Origin: a virus
Direction: 5' to 3' (one strand)
IMG/VR virus record: IMGVR_UViG_3300021962_000041
Coordinates: 1 to 64,000 of that record
DNA: 64,000 bases
A program made the translations under genes and the position numbers. Each line of letters opens with the position of its first letter. The first letter of the stretch is position 1. This document shows positions 20,205-32,000 of the stretch, one piece after another. The notes beneath the pieces are model-generated. The model had not been told where the DNA came from and did not search any database. It saw only the letters and a list, made by a program, of their open reading frames with translations.

Positions 20205-20391
20205 TGATCAACTCCCGTAATAAGGATTTAATTTCAGAAAGTTCTGCTTTGAGGTTTTCAATCTCATCTTTTTCTTTCTGCTTTTTATTTTTTATACTAA
20301 TGTACTTTGCATATTCTGCAGTATCACAATTTACAATTGCCCCAGTTTCTGGGTCACGATACAAATTTTTATGTCCTTCAACTCTTATCAT
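20191..20391 (-). CDS. Conserved small coiled-coil protein (66 aa)
   Basis: VEGHKNLYRDPETGAIVN plus C-terminal coiled coil. Confidence 0.75.
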   Translation of the reverse strand: MIRVEGHKNLYRDPETGAIVNCDTAEYAKYISIKNKKQKEKDEIENLKAELSEIKSLLRELINGSK

Positions 20392-20401
20392 AATTTATTT
20401 C

Positions 20402-23400
20402 CTATGCAAGTGCAATCGCTCTAAGATCTTTAAATCTTGGTGGATTTGCCTCATCTGTACTGCTCATAACAATTTTAATAATGAAAGCAGTAAATGGATC
20501 AACATCGTTAATTGAGAATTGATACTCAGAATATTGACCAACTGGGTTTGCAGCTACAAATGCATCTGCTCTTCCACTATTCAGTGCTGGATCAATAATG
20601 GTATCACCATATCCATCCCCATCACTATCTCTTAGGTTATCATAACCAGGGAATAATTCATAGGATTGTGTAATTTCGCTTGAATCTGGTCTGAATAATC
20701 TGTATAGAACTCTAAAATCTGCTGTTGATGGGCGATATGCACCTATTAAGACTTTAAGAGATGATGCAGGTTGTTTTAGTGAAATTTTCTTGGATATGTA
20801 TGCTGCTGTATGTGGATCATTTGTTAATTGATTTGATCTTCCATCAGTAACATAATTTTTAACTGGACTATTAATTCTAGTCCTTTGCAAAATAAGAGTT
20901 GTATTTTCTAGATCTAAAACAGGTGATAGATTTTTGTCATTTGATGACAAAGTAACTGCTAGAGTCAGAGATTTATTTCTAGGTAAAGCAGATAACCTAG
21001 CTGCTTCATTTATTGATGAACAAATTAATCTTGGTGTATTAAAACTATTTGGTTGATTTAGTTCAATACTTTCATAACCTTTGTCTTCAAATGATGTTTC
21101 TACTCCACCAGCACTAGTCCCACTCACTGTTCTAATCTCAGCTTTTACTCTAGTTCCTTCTCCAGGGGTTATAACATTTAATTGAGGTACAATAGTATTA
21201 AATTGTAAATTTTGTGACGCTCTTACCAAACTTCCACCTAAAGACTTTTGATCATTAAAACTTAATTGAGTGTCTCCACTTCCTCTATCTACTCTGGTAA
21301 ATTGTAAATAATATTTGTCAGTATCTTTTAAATTAGTCAAGGTTGCATTTGAAACCATATCGTGAGATTTATTTAATCTGTGTAATCCTACTCCATTCAA
21401 TTCATACTTATAAGCAATACTACCTACCGCATGATCTCTTGCTAAAGATCCATTTGTACCTCTAGTTCCAATTCCTAATGTATTATTTGCATTAACACTA
21501 TTATAGAAAATAACTTCGTTATTAACTTGAATATATCCAGTGGAAGAAGATTGACCTTCAAAAGTTGCGAATCCTGCAGTACTTGCAAGAGATACTGTAG
21601 TTGAATTTAATGTAATTGCCGCTGTCAATGTTACTGGAGTAGTGTTTGGTGCAATATTTGAAATGGAAACTTTATTGGAATCTTGAGTCATTCCATGATT
21701 TGGATGACTTACTTCAAATGTTGTACCCGTATATAAATCAGATAATACTGAGGAACTTCTTATTGTCGTATTTGCCATTGAAGTTCTTACATTATTATCA
21801 AAATAGACAAGAGGTGATCCTGCTGTAAATTCTTCACCAGAAACGTTTGATAAGTATAAAGTATCAATATTTGATAATCCAGCAACTGTTATTGTTGCTT
21901 TTCCACCCTTAGGAGTACTTAGACTGCTTGTAGTAATTCCAAGAACATCACCAACAACATATCCATTTCCAGATTGACCAGCACCAACATTTATTGATAC
22001 CGCAGAAACAACGTTGTTTGCAACTGTAACTACTCCTGTAGCACCAGATCCATTACCATTTATATTATAGAAACTGACATTAGAATATGTTCCATTAGCA
22101 AATCCAGTACCTACTCCAGTTAAGGTTAATCCCGAAACAGATCCTCCAACTTGCTCAATATATCCAAATGGTCCTGGATCACTACCTTCACTTACCTTTC
22201 TTCCGGTATTAAGAAGACCTTGCATTGTGGCATAATTTGCCTGAGATGATAGAACAGAAGTAATACCTACTCTCAGTTTTCTTGGCAGTGTTTTAATCGG
22301 ATTTAGATTTAAATCAGGTGTAATGTACGTTGTATTACTAATAGTTGGATTATAGAAATAAACTGTTCCAGTTTTATTAACAAAATTTGCTTTGTATAGT
22401 TTGAATTTCATATCTTCAAACTGATTGGCAGTCCATATTGTGCCGTTTTGAGACTTAAATAGACTTCCACCAATATACTGCTTTGTAACCAGAACACTTT
22501 CAGCATTTGGTAAAGACTGGGTGTTAACTGTTTTTTCACCCATTCTTGCAATCCAGCACTCATAATTATTTGAAGTTGGTGCTAGAACAACAATTGCATA
22601 TTCTCTATTTGGTTCAAGATAGATTGGGGATTGGAACTTTACATTGGTTGCAACTTCTGCATTTGATGAAACTTTAACCTGTGTGGGTTCTAATGGAACT
22701 CTGCAGAAATCTTGGACCATTGTGTTTGTTGGCGTTCCTAGTTCAACTGTTCTAAGTTCAACAAACACTTTTTCACTATCATCTTTGCTAGCAAAGAATA
22801 AATCTACAGAAGTTAAGAAAGCGCCAGTTTCATCTACTGTAAATGATTGTGCAAGAGGATCTTTACCACCTCTACGTGGTGGCGGTGGTGGTGGGGGTGG
22901 TTTTCTAACTGTAACTAGAGTTTGGGTATATACATCCACAACTCCACTTGCACTATAAGTTGTTTCTGCTGCGCTAATTAGTAAACTACCAGGAACATTT
23001 TGAGAATTACTTGAACTAGAAGTTAATTTAAATGCCCTAGTTCCAACTTGGAATCGAATTGCTGGTGGTGGAGTTGTAAGAGGATTTCTGAAGAATAATG
23101 CACCGCCAACATCACCCCAAGTGTCTGTAATTAAGCGAATGTCTGTTACTTGTGCTTGAGCACCACTAGACTCACCAACCAATACACAATCTCTAGCAAT
23201 TCTACCAAAGAATCTACCTTGAACTTCTTGTACTAAAGACCTAATATCAACGTTCAATACTGTTGAAGATGAAGTATAATTTGATGGTAAGGTTAATGAT
23301 TTATTGTATGGATTTAATGTAAATACTGTTTGCCATGAATTTGGATTATTAATATCACCTAACTTATGATTGGGAGCTGTCAGTCTAAATGTTATTATAT

Positions 23401-26400
23401 TTTCAGATCCCAAATAACCTTTAACTACTTCTCCAGTGCTGAATACACCAGAAATCATAGAGATTTCTATTAGTTTGGGAACAATATCAATACCACTAGA
23501 TCCATCAAAGAATGGATAATATCTTGTTAATGGTTTTAGTCCCCCTGCTGCAAATCCAACATTTCTAGATCTTAGATGAGTGTCTGGATAGCTACTTGTC
23601 TTAATCGTTTCGATATATGTTCCATTGTAAGAACCAGTAATAGTTCTTGTCCCACCATCAACAAAAACATCTCTAACCCAGTTATCTGTTGGTGGATGTA
23701 AAGTAATTCCACCATTAAATTCAATCATATTAAATGGGTTAACATTTTCTACCCTAGATGCTAATGGTTGTTCAATCCAACCAACCTCTGTATAATTTAA
23801 TGTAATTAAATCGCCAGTCTTTTTGACTGTTGATTCTAAAAGATTTAAGTCCGCATTAAAGTCTGCAGTACTATAGTCAGTTCCACTAGATAATGCTAAT
23901 TCTGGAGTAATTGAAAAATTCTGTATTGCTGGGACTAATTCTTGATTAACCGTATCAATTACTGCTTCTGCATCTGGATCACTCAACTCAATGAATGAAT
24001 TATCTTTAAAGTCATCGACAAAAAATCCAGTCTTAAATCTGCTCAGTCCATCAGCATCTTGAATTTGTAGAGATTTTGTATTTAATTCTAATAAACTCAG
24101 TGACGTTGTTGTTTCTAATGTTTTAATTCTATCTTCTAATTTACCAATGTCTCTCATGGTATAACGTCTATTATCCACCAACGTAACTGTTGCATCAGAA
24201 GTGTTATACAAATATGGTGGAAGATCTATGGTTGCTATGTCCATAGCTCCTTCGACATTTGTTGGTAGTTTTGGATCCAATGCTGGGACTCCCTGTACTA
24301 CCGAAAATTGACCAAGACTATTTAAAACAAGTAAGTCTTTTCTACCCAAATAATAATTATATGATATTAATGAACTTTCTCCTGGCGCAACAATAATTGC
24401 TGAATTAGTTCCAGAAGTAGCAAAGTTTCTGCTAGCAAAAGCAAAGGGTGATTGAGTTGTTGATGTATTCACAGAAACCATTGGTCTGAAATCCAACGTA
24501 TCTGTTGCTCTTGTTCCATCTGGTAAATATGGAACATCTTTGGTAAATCTTTCCGCTGGATATGATGAAACTACAAAAACATCTCCAGAATCTCCTGTAG
24601 GAACCTGATAATAATCAAAAATAACTAATAATTGTCTTGATGGGATAGAATCAGATTTTCTAACAATTTTAGAATAATCATAATATTGATCTTTTTGTCC
24701 TTTATCCAGAGTAAAATTATTTGTTACATCCAAATAAGATCCCTGGGTTATATTTTGCAAATTGGTTATAATTCCAGATTCTTCAAATGTACATGTTTCT
24801 CCAATAACAAATTTTTCTGTTGTAAGATAAACTATGTTAACTTCAGATGCTGATGGTATTTCTACAATTTGTGCTACTGCGCCACTTGAAGATCCAATTA
24901 TTCTTTCACCGACAATAGCAGATACTGTAAGATTTAGGCCAGAAATAAAAGTTAATTTATCAAAAACTGGTTTTACATTATTAAGTGATTCAAATACTTT
25001 AGTTACCTTAACTACATCAGGTCTGTTCAAAGATATTTCTTTATCTTCTATTCTTAATCCATAGTATGAGTTTTTAGTTAATCCATTTGTATCTGTAGAA
25101 ATTCCTGTTTGTGATTTATCTACAATAAGTTGACCAGCTCTTATGTAACTCTTTTGTTTGGCCAACATTGAATTTTTCACAAGAGTAACATTTATTGTTA
25201 CATTATTAGATTGTGCTGTTCTAAGACCATTAACTGTTAATTGAGTTCCATCACCTGAAATTGTAAATTGATCGCTTGATAGATCTTCAATTGCTCCATC
25301 TGAATAGTGAACAGAATATCTGTCAGCATCAAATGATTGGAAAAATGCACTTGTAATACCAACTGCAGATGTTGTCAGTGTTAATGTTCCACTAGCATTG
25401 GTGGACTGACCTGTAATTTGCCTTCTGAGTTGAATATTTGATGTTGAAAGATTTACTATACCTACGTTTTTATTACTTAATTTTGCATACAAACCTTGAT
25501 TTTCTTTGTTTAGAATCGTTGGAACACCCAATGTAGCAGTAACTCCTGTTACTGTTGAAACTGGCAATGCTCCACTACAAACATCCGTTACATCAGTTAC
25601 TGCTGCTAAAGTAATTGTTTTTAAATCTGCTGAAATTGAAGCGACTCTATTGAAAGTTTCTGTTCCAACACCAGCAATTTGATATCTAATGATTGATCCA
25701 ACTTTAACTAATCCAAAAGTTTTTCCTGGGCAACTCATTGCTCCAGCACTAGTGATTTGGAATTTATCACTTAAAATGAATCCAGGAATATTAGATCTTT
25801 GGAGTATTACATCTCCACCAAAATCTGTTTGAAATCCTGAAAATGTTGGATTGCAATCCTGCCATATCGATTTAATATCTTCTACAGAATATGCAGTTAC
25901 AGATGAAACACTTCTTGGAAATTCTTGAGTTTCATTAATTATTAATGCTTCCCCTACAATAAAAGTTCCAGAAGTCTGTATAAGGTTTATTGTTGTTCCT
26001 GCAGCAGCAGTTACTACATACCCAGATGCTCCACTACTTACACCTCTTACAAGCGATGTCGCGGGGCACTGAGTTGAGTTTAATGCCTGATTTACAGTTA
26101 AACTTACATACGTTTGTAAATCAAACAAGAACAAGTCCCATGAAGTTGCACCTGTTCTGTAAATATCATCTGTCAATCCAAAAGAATATACCCTTGCTTC
26201 ACCAATCTCAGTTCCATTTCCAGCGGTAGTGGAGTTTCTTCTTTGATTATAAAGTTTTACTTTATTATTATTGTTGTTTATTCCAAAAAATGGAGTGCCA
26301 AAAACATTATTTAATCTTAAAAGCGTACCAAATTCAAAAGGAATAAGTGCTCTTGGTACAAGTGCGGTTGTTCTTGGTTTTTCTACATCAACAATTGTGT

Positions 26401-27511
26401 CTGTTTGTTTTTCTATATCAAATCCCTTAACATATGCTCTTCCTGGAGAAATTTTTACAGACATTAAATTGTCCGACGGTGTTAATCCGTTTTGTGTTGT
26501 TTCTCCTGGTAAATAAGTACCTTCATTTGAAAGTCTGTCGTTTAAAGACTCTGTGACATTGACTAAAAACTTATCTACTGCATAATTTCCAGATTCTTCA
26601 AATGTTCTTTTTGCAAAATAATCTTTAACAATAGAGTATGTTGATTTATTCTGTAATTTTTTAACCAATCCACCATTTAATCTTAAAAGTTCTACAAAGT
26701 TTTTATCATCAATATCAGTTAGTGGTTTTTTGGTTAATGTTGTCGATATTTTTAATCTATCTGCACCAGGTGCTGCAAAGTTAGAAAATCCTCTTGCATT
26801 ATCATATAAATTTGGATCTTCTTTGATAGTGGTTATTTCTTCAGAAATATTCAAACCAACTCTATAGGATGGTTCATTTGTATATGGATCTAAAACAATT
26901 TTATCTGCCGAAACATTAACAAATGATCCTCTAATAAAATATACACCATCTGCAACTGCCGCAGCACAACCAATAGCGCAAGCGTCGGTTGCTATTAGAG
27001 TTGCTACAGTATCATCTTCATTTAATGTTGTATTTCCATAAGTAAATGCAGTTTCAGTTATTAACTCTTCTCCATCATCCAAAAACTTAATTGTATTATC
27101 GCTACCTGCGTTTAAATATTGAACAAATAATGTTAAATCAGTAATCTCACTAGAATCTTCTGGTGTTAAGTATGAATCTACTACTACGGATATTCCAGTA
27201 ATTGATCCTGTAAGTTTCTTACCAATTAATTGATCTGCATATAAAATTACGGGAATACCAAGATGCTCCGAATTTATTTTTATTGAATGATAATCTGAGA
27301 TATAAGTGATTCCACCAGGAATTACCATGGAACCATCTTTGAACATATGGCTGCCAAAAGACTCAATTTGATCTTGAAGGATCGATTGTAAAGTTGTTAA
27401 TTCTCGTGCCTGGATGGGGTATCCAGGTTTAAACAGAACTCTATAATAATTATTCTCTTTATCAAAATCATCATAATATGGATTAAGATTTAGATTAGTC
27501 TTTTGTGGCAT
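20402..27511 (-). CDS. VrlC-like large virion structural protein (2369 aa)
   Basis: PYYDDFD..NYYRVLFKPG.PIQARELTTLQS, APGADRLKI, RRYTMRDIGKLE.RI, DPLAQSF, DLRAIALA. Confidence 0.88.
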   Translation of the reverse strand: MPQKTNLNLNPYYDDFDKENNYYRVLFKPGYPIQARELTTLQSILQDQIESFGSHMFKDGSMVIPGGITYISDYHSIKINSEHLGIPVILYADQLIGKKLTGSITGISVVVDSYLTPEDSSEITDLTLFVQYLNAGSDNTIKFLDDGEELITETAFTYGNTTLNEDDTVATLIATDACAIGCAAAVADGVYFIRGSFVNVSADKIVLDPYTNEPSYRVGLNISEEITTIKEDPNLYDNARGFSNFAAPGADRLKISTTLTKKPLTDIDDKNFVELLRLNGGLVKKLQNKSTYSIVKDYFAKRTFEESGNYAVDKFLVNVTESLNDRLSNEGTYLPGETTQNGLTPSDNLMSVKISPGRAYVKGFDIEKQTDTIVDVEKPRTTALVPRALIPFEFGTLLRLNNVFGTPFFGINNNNNKVKLYNQRRNSTTAGNGTEIGEARVYSFGLTDDIYRTGATSWDLFLFDLQTYVSLTVNQALNSTQCPATSLVRGVSSGASGYVVTAAAGTTINLIQTSGTFIVGEALIINETQEFPRSVSSVTAYSVEDIKSIWQDCNPTFSGFQTDFGGDVILQRSNIPGFILSDKFQITSAGAMSCPGKTFGLVKVGSIIRYQIAGVGTETFNRVASISADLKTITLAAVTDVTDVCSGALPVSTVTGVTATLGVPTILNKENQGLYAKLSNKNVGIVNLSTSNIQLRRQITGQSTNASGTLTLTTSAVGITSAFFQSFDADRYSVHYSDGAIEDLSSDQFTISGDGTQLTVNGLRTAQSNNVTINVTLVKNSMLAKQKSYIRAGQLIVDKSQTGISTDTNGLTKNSYYGLRIEDKEISLNRPDVVKVTKVFESLNNVKPVFDKLTFISGLNLTVSAIVGERIIGSSSGAVAQIVEIPSASEVNIVYLTTEKFVIGETCTFEESGIITNLQNITQGSYLDVTNNFTLDKGQKDQYYDYSKIVRKSDSIPSRQLLVIFDYYQVPTGDSGDVFVVSSYPAERFTKDVPYLPDGTRATDTLDFRPMVSVNTSTTQSPFAFASRNFATSGTNSAIIVAPGESSLISYNYYLGRKDLLVLNSLGQFSVVQGVPALDPKLPTNVEGAMDIATIDLPPYLYNTSDATVTLVDNRRYTMRDIGKLEDRIKTLETTTSLSLLELNTKSLQIQDADGLSRFKTGFFVDDFKDNSFIELSDPDAEAVIDTVNQELVPAIQNFSITPELALSSGTDYSTADFNADLNLLESTVKKTGDLITLNYTEVGWIEQPLASRVENVNPFNMIEFNGGITLHPPTDNWVRDVFVDGGTRTITGSYNGTYIETIKTSSYPDTHLRSRNVGFAAGGLKPLTRYYPFFDGSSGIDIVPKLIEISMISGVFSTGEVVKGYLGSENIITFRLTAPNHKLGDINNPNSWQTVFTLNPYNKSLTLPSNYTSSSTVLNVDIRSLVQEVQGRFFGRIARDCVLVGESSGAQAQVTDIRLITDTWGDVGGALFFRNPLTTPPPAIRFQVGTRAFKLTSSSSNSQNVPGSLLISAAETTYSASGVVDVYTQTLVTVRKPPPPPPPPRRGGKDPLAQSFTVDETGAFLTSVDLFFASKDDSEKVFVELRTVELGTPTNTMVQDFCRVPLEPTQVKVSSNAEVATNVKFQSPIYLEPNREYAIVVLAPTSNNYECWIARMGEKTVNTQSLPNAESVLVTKQYIGGSLFKSQNGTIWTANQFEDMKFKLYKANFVNKTGTVYFYNPTISNTTYITPDLNLNPIKTLPRKLRVGITSVLSSQANYATMQGLLNTGRKVSEGSDPGPFGYIEQVGGSVSGLTLTGVGTGFANGTYSNVSFYNINGNGSGATGVVTVANNVVSAVSINVGAGQSGNGYVVGDVLGITTSSLSTPKGGKATITVAGLSNIDTLYLSNVSGEEFTAGSPLVYFDNNVRTSMANTTIRSSSVLSDLYTGTTFEVSHPNHGMTQDSNKVSISNIAPNTTPVTLTAAITLNSTTVSLASTAGFATFEGQSSSTGYIQVNNEVIFYNSVNANNTLGIGTRGTNGSLARDHAVGSIAYKYELNGVGLHRLNKSHDMVSNATLTNLKDTDKYYLQFTRVDRGSGDTQLSFNDQKSLGGSLVRASQNLQFNTIVPQLNVITPGEGTRVKAEIRTVSGTSAGGVETSFEDKGYESIELNQPNSFNTPRLICSSINEAARLSALPRNKSLTLAVTLSSNDKNLSPVLDLENTTLILQRTRINSPVKNYVTDGRSNQLTNDPHTAAYISKKISLKQPASSLKVLIGAYRPSTADFRVLYRLFRPDSSEITQSYELFPGYDNLRDSDGDGYGDTIIDPALNSGRADAFVAANPVGQYSEYQFSINDVDPFTAFIIKIVMSSTDEANPPRFKDLRAIALA

Positions 27512-27513
27512 TT

Positions 27514-29064
27514 TTAAAATTCCAGAATGATTTTAACGTCTTCTTTTTGTCGAGAATTTCTACTAATTGAGGGTCTATTGTCAATGTAAAGAATATCCCC
27601 CGATCCTTTATTTATCTCAGGAGAAGCAAGACCATTAGTAAATCTAGATCCTAAACTGATAATTTTAGTACCAGTTGGATTTGTGGTTATTCCAGTGAAT
27701 GAGGTATCAATTGAACCAACAAATCCACCATTTGTTGTCACTGGAGTTGCTGATGACAGAAAATCCAAAACTTTAGATGCAGTACCAACTCCAATATAAT
27801 CCGTTTGATCAAGATATGTTTGGTTAAAATATAATGATCTATCTCTAAAATATTTTAGAACCTTAGTCTCTTCGTCATATGAAGCAACATATCCTTTTGC
27901 AATACCTCCAGTTACATTTTGAGATACAATATCACCAATGTTGATTGATCCACTAGTTGAGGTAAATTTTATAGCGTATAATGAAGAAAATTCACTATCA
28001 GTATATGTATTTGTTGATCCGATAGAAGTTGGATTTTTTAAAACTGCTATCTGTGCAAATTTTGTATCTACTGGAAAATCTTTTGTTGAATCATCAAATC
28101 TTGCATAAATTAAAACTCTATCAGCACCCAGTTCTTTATATAGATCATATCCATGACCCTTTGAAGGTGGAATTATTGGAATTAACTTTGCAAAATTTGC
28201 GGATGCATTACTATTAATCGTTCCAAGATTTACAATTCCATAAGTATATCCTTTTCCACCAGCAGAAACTGTAGCATTTGTAATTTCTCCACCAACTACA
28301 TCAAGAATTACTTTTCCTCCTGTACCATCACCTAGAATATCAACTTCCTGACCTAATCCACCAGAATATCCAGAACCTCTGTTTGCAATATAAACTTTTT
28401 TAATTTGGTTGTTATTTACACTAGAATCTCCATTAGATCTCACAGCATCTATCTGACTATCAGTTGATGTGCTCCAATTATTTGGTAAAGAAATATACTC
28501 TGTAGAATCAAACTTAATAATATCATTAGGAGCAACTGTAAACAAATACTTCCAAAGATATCCATCTCCACTTTCACCTGCTCTAGAAGGTTCTAAAGTA
28601 GTAAATAGTGGTTGATCTTGCGATGCGTTGCCAGTGGTGTTTATTCCAGAAGATCCATTGTCAATACAAACGTAAACACCATAATTTTCATTCATTACAT
28701 AATAATTTGCATCATATAATCTTGTTGATTGCGTCACTGGAGATGGAAAATCAACACTATAATCGTGTCTATACATTTCATATCTAGTTCCTTTGCTCCA
28801 ATCAATTCTTCTTATAAGTCTCCTTACGTTCAAACTAGTTACTTTTTTGCCAAATAAAATAGTATCTCCAATATGATTAACATTATTAATATTGTCAAGA
28901 GGACTTGGAACATTTGTATTCCAAGAAGGAGTTCCACCAAACCCAACTCTTGTTGGGTTTGCTAAACCTAAAACAACATAATAAGAGTTGTTGGCATTAT
29001 CAACAGTCTCTACAAAATTATTCGCGTTTAAAATTCTAAATTGATCGGTTACAATAGCAGCCAT
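27514..29064 (-). CDS. g8: Baseplate wedge subunit gp8
   Basis: VYVCIDN, DGYLWKYLFT, GDILYIDNR...RQKEDVKIILEF. Confidence 0.92.
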   Translation of the reverse strand: MAAIVTDQFRILNANNFVETVDNANNSYYVVLGLANPTRVGFGGTPSWNTNVPSPLDNINNVNHIGDTILFGKKVTSLNVRRLIRRIDWSKGTRYEMYRHDYSVDFPSPVTQSTRLYDANYYVMNENYGVYVCIDNGSSGINTTGNASQDQPLFTTLEPSRAGESGDGYLWKYLFTVAPNDIIKFDSTEYISLPNNWSTSTDSQIDAVRSNGDSSVNNNQIKKVYIANRGSGYSGGLGQEVDILGDGTGGKVILDVVGGEITNATVSAGGKGYTYGIVNLGTINSNASANFAKLIPIIPPSKGHGYDLYKELGADRVLIYARFDDSTKDFPVDTKFAQIAVLKNPTSIGSTNTYTDSEFSSLYAIKFTSTSGSINIGDIVSQNVTGGIAKGYVASYDEETKVLKYFRDRSLYFNQTYLDQTDYIGVGTASKVLDFLSSATPVTTNGGFVGSIDTSFTGITTNPTGTKIISLGSRFTNGLASPEINKGSGDILYIDNRPSISRNSRQKEDVKIILEF

Positions 29065-29085
29065 TATACACTTAGCTTTTTTCTA

Positions 29086-29093
29086 TATTTATA
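29086..29093 (-). promoter_or_regulatory. Late promoter TATAAATA for g8
   Basis: Perfect consensus between g7 and g8. Confidence 0.8.
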
Positions 29094-29099
29094 TTAGGT

Positions 29100-32000
29100 T
29101 TAATCAAGAAGTTTTCTAAGCGATCCAGTGCTTCTCAATCCATAATCTCTTCTTTCTATTGATGGGAAAGTTGATAATCCAGAATCAACTCTTAAACCAC
29201 TAACTGAAACACCGATTGCAACAGATCCCCTTACCAGAGGACTCAATTTACCCCAAGAGAATCTTCCAACAAAAGATCCAGACGTTGTTATTCCCGTAAT
29301 ATTACTATTTGATCTAATATTAGTGATTATTTCTGCATTAGTTGCAAATCTAGTAATACTATGTACATAGTAAATATTATTTAAGAATGTTGTTCCAACT
29401 CCAACGGGTGAAGCATCTCCTGAGTCTACCGAAGTAACTCCTCTACCAACATTTGTTTCCGTAACATAAATTGGATAACCAACCTGCAAGCTACTAAAAT
29501 CTCCACTGGTAATCTTAAGATTTAATTTAAGTGCCAGAGGATGTCCTCCCGTTCCACTGGTAGTTGTTATTCCAGTAACAATTCCAGCAAAACCTTCAAT
29601 AACACTAATATTCCTCACCCTTTCTTTTAGTGGAGCAGGTGTTGGTACCAAAACTTTTGGAGCAATTGTATACCCTAAACCTGGATTTGTTATAGTAATT
29701 GGAGTTGTCAATCTTCCATTAGTAATAGTTACTGTTGCGGTAGCTGTTGTTCCTATACCAACTCCAATATTTCGTGGGCTAGTAATTGAAACTGTTGTAC
29801 TAACTCCAGTATAACCAGATCCAGCATTAACAATGGTTAATCCAGTAACTCTTCCTGTGGTAGTATTAATAGTTGCAGTCATTGATCCAGTTGAATAACC
29901 AGTATCATACACTATTAATCCACCAACAGATTCTATAATTGTTGCGGAAGCATCTTCTTCATAATTAAAGAATCTTGCATCATCAACAAAAAGTTCAGTG
30001 GATGATGATGTAAAATCTTTTATAATTCTTGCAACTGGATAAATTTGAGATTCTAAAGAATCTCTAGTTTTATACACTTTTTCGCCATTAATAACTTTAT
30101 CAATTTTTTGCTTTTTCCATGCTATTTCACGATAATTATCATCATCTATACCCAGTCCAGCATAAATATTGGTTTCTACACTATCTGATGCTGCAACTAA
30201 AGTAATAGTTCTATCTTCTTGTTCCCTTGATGTTGCAATTCCAGAATATGCAGATAACTTAACACTATCGCCAATTTTTAAAGTTTCCTCTACATCTATT
30301 GTGACACTATCAGACTCTTTTGTTCCATTGTAGAAGAATATTGAGATATTATCTTCATATTCTGGCGCCTGAGTGAATGTGAATGAAGTACCACCTGTAA
30401 ATTCATAAGATTCTCCGGGACTTGAAGAACGTTGTTGATAAAGATTAAGAGTAAATTCTCTAATTTTATTAATGATGATTCTGCATCTTTATCATTCGTT
30501 TCAAAACTCAATAATTTACCAGCAAAAGCAAGTGGGAATCTCTTTCTCACTCCATTTTGAAGTGGTTTGATAGAATCAATATAATCAAATTCTCCAAGTT
30601 CCCACGATGCCAATTGATCACTATAAGTTTGTAAAACTGTAATACTAAAATCATTTATTGGACTTGCCAGTCTAGAATCTGTGACTAGACCAACTGGTTT
30701 AAACACATCACCAACTCTAAATCCATATCCAGGTCTAGAAATACTAAAATTAGTTACTTGGAATAGAGAACCAGGTGCAACTGTTTTGGATGTAGGAATT
30801 GTACCAGTTGCAATAGTTGTTGTAATAATTCCAACAAAAGATCCTATCGCTGATGCAACGTTTGCACAATCTCCATTATTTGGAGTTAAATTAAATATGT
30901 CAGTTGTCGCATAAACACCAGCAGTTCCAGAAATATCACCGATAACTGTCGAATCAATAATTTGAGTCTCGTTTGTGTATACATTTGGTGGCTCAGTTCT
31001 AGATGTAGGAATTGTACCAGTAGAAATTGTAGTTGTAATAATTCCAACGAAAGAAGTAATTGCTGATGCAACATCCTGACAATCTGGGTTTGCTGGATCT
31101 GGTGCAATGGTTAAATCCTTATATTGAGTTGCAGTCGTCATTCCAGAAATAGTTACTGTTTCATTTCTCATGACTTGAATCATGATGTCTCTAGCTTGAT
31201 TGAAAGCATAGATTGATTGTGCTTCTTCTCCTGCCAGTAATGTTGGATTGGTTTTGTATATGTTAGCAGCATCCCAAACTTTGCTATTTCCACCATATCT
31301 CAAGTTATAAACAATAGTGTTTGTAACTGCCATAATATCATCTTTACATTCCTGATTTCCTCCAGGTATTGTAAAACCTGTATAGAATGCCAGCATTCTA
31401 CCTACTGCAATATCGGCAATAAATGTTCTATTTGCTATGATGAGATTTGATGCATCATAAAAACGACCAGAAACTATTCTATACTTAATAATTTCTTGGT
31501 TTCTCATTGCCTGAATAGCAAGATCTCTTGCTTCTCTAAATGCAAAAATCGCTTGTTGTTCTTCACCATATAATAGTGCTGGATTTATTCTGTATAAATT
31601 TGCAGCATCCCAGACTTTATCATTTCCACCAAATCTTAAATTATGCGTGATTGTTTTTAAGACTGATTTAATATCATCAACACAATCCGCAGTTCCAGTT
31701 GGGACAGAGAACGTTGGATAGTAAGATAACATTCTTCCAACAGCAACTTCAGCGATTAATTGCTTATTGCTGTCAATAAGATTTGCAGCATCATAGAATA
31801 CACCATCATAAGCAATATTATCATTTGCACCAACTTTAAGGGTTAATAAAGTGTTTAAACCACTATCTGTTGTAGAACCAAGTCCAACTCTTGATACACC
31901 AACAATTGGTAGATTTTCATAAGATGGTTCTTTGATGTTAATTATTGTGTTTGTAGCAGCATATCCAGTTCCTGAACTATTGATTGTAAATATAAGTGTT

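Noticed and set aside
29100-30077. Independent 325-aa gene
   Set aside because: Frame is open upstream to the g7 frameshift; it is the g7 C-terminus and the GTG is an internal Val
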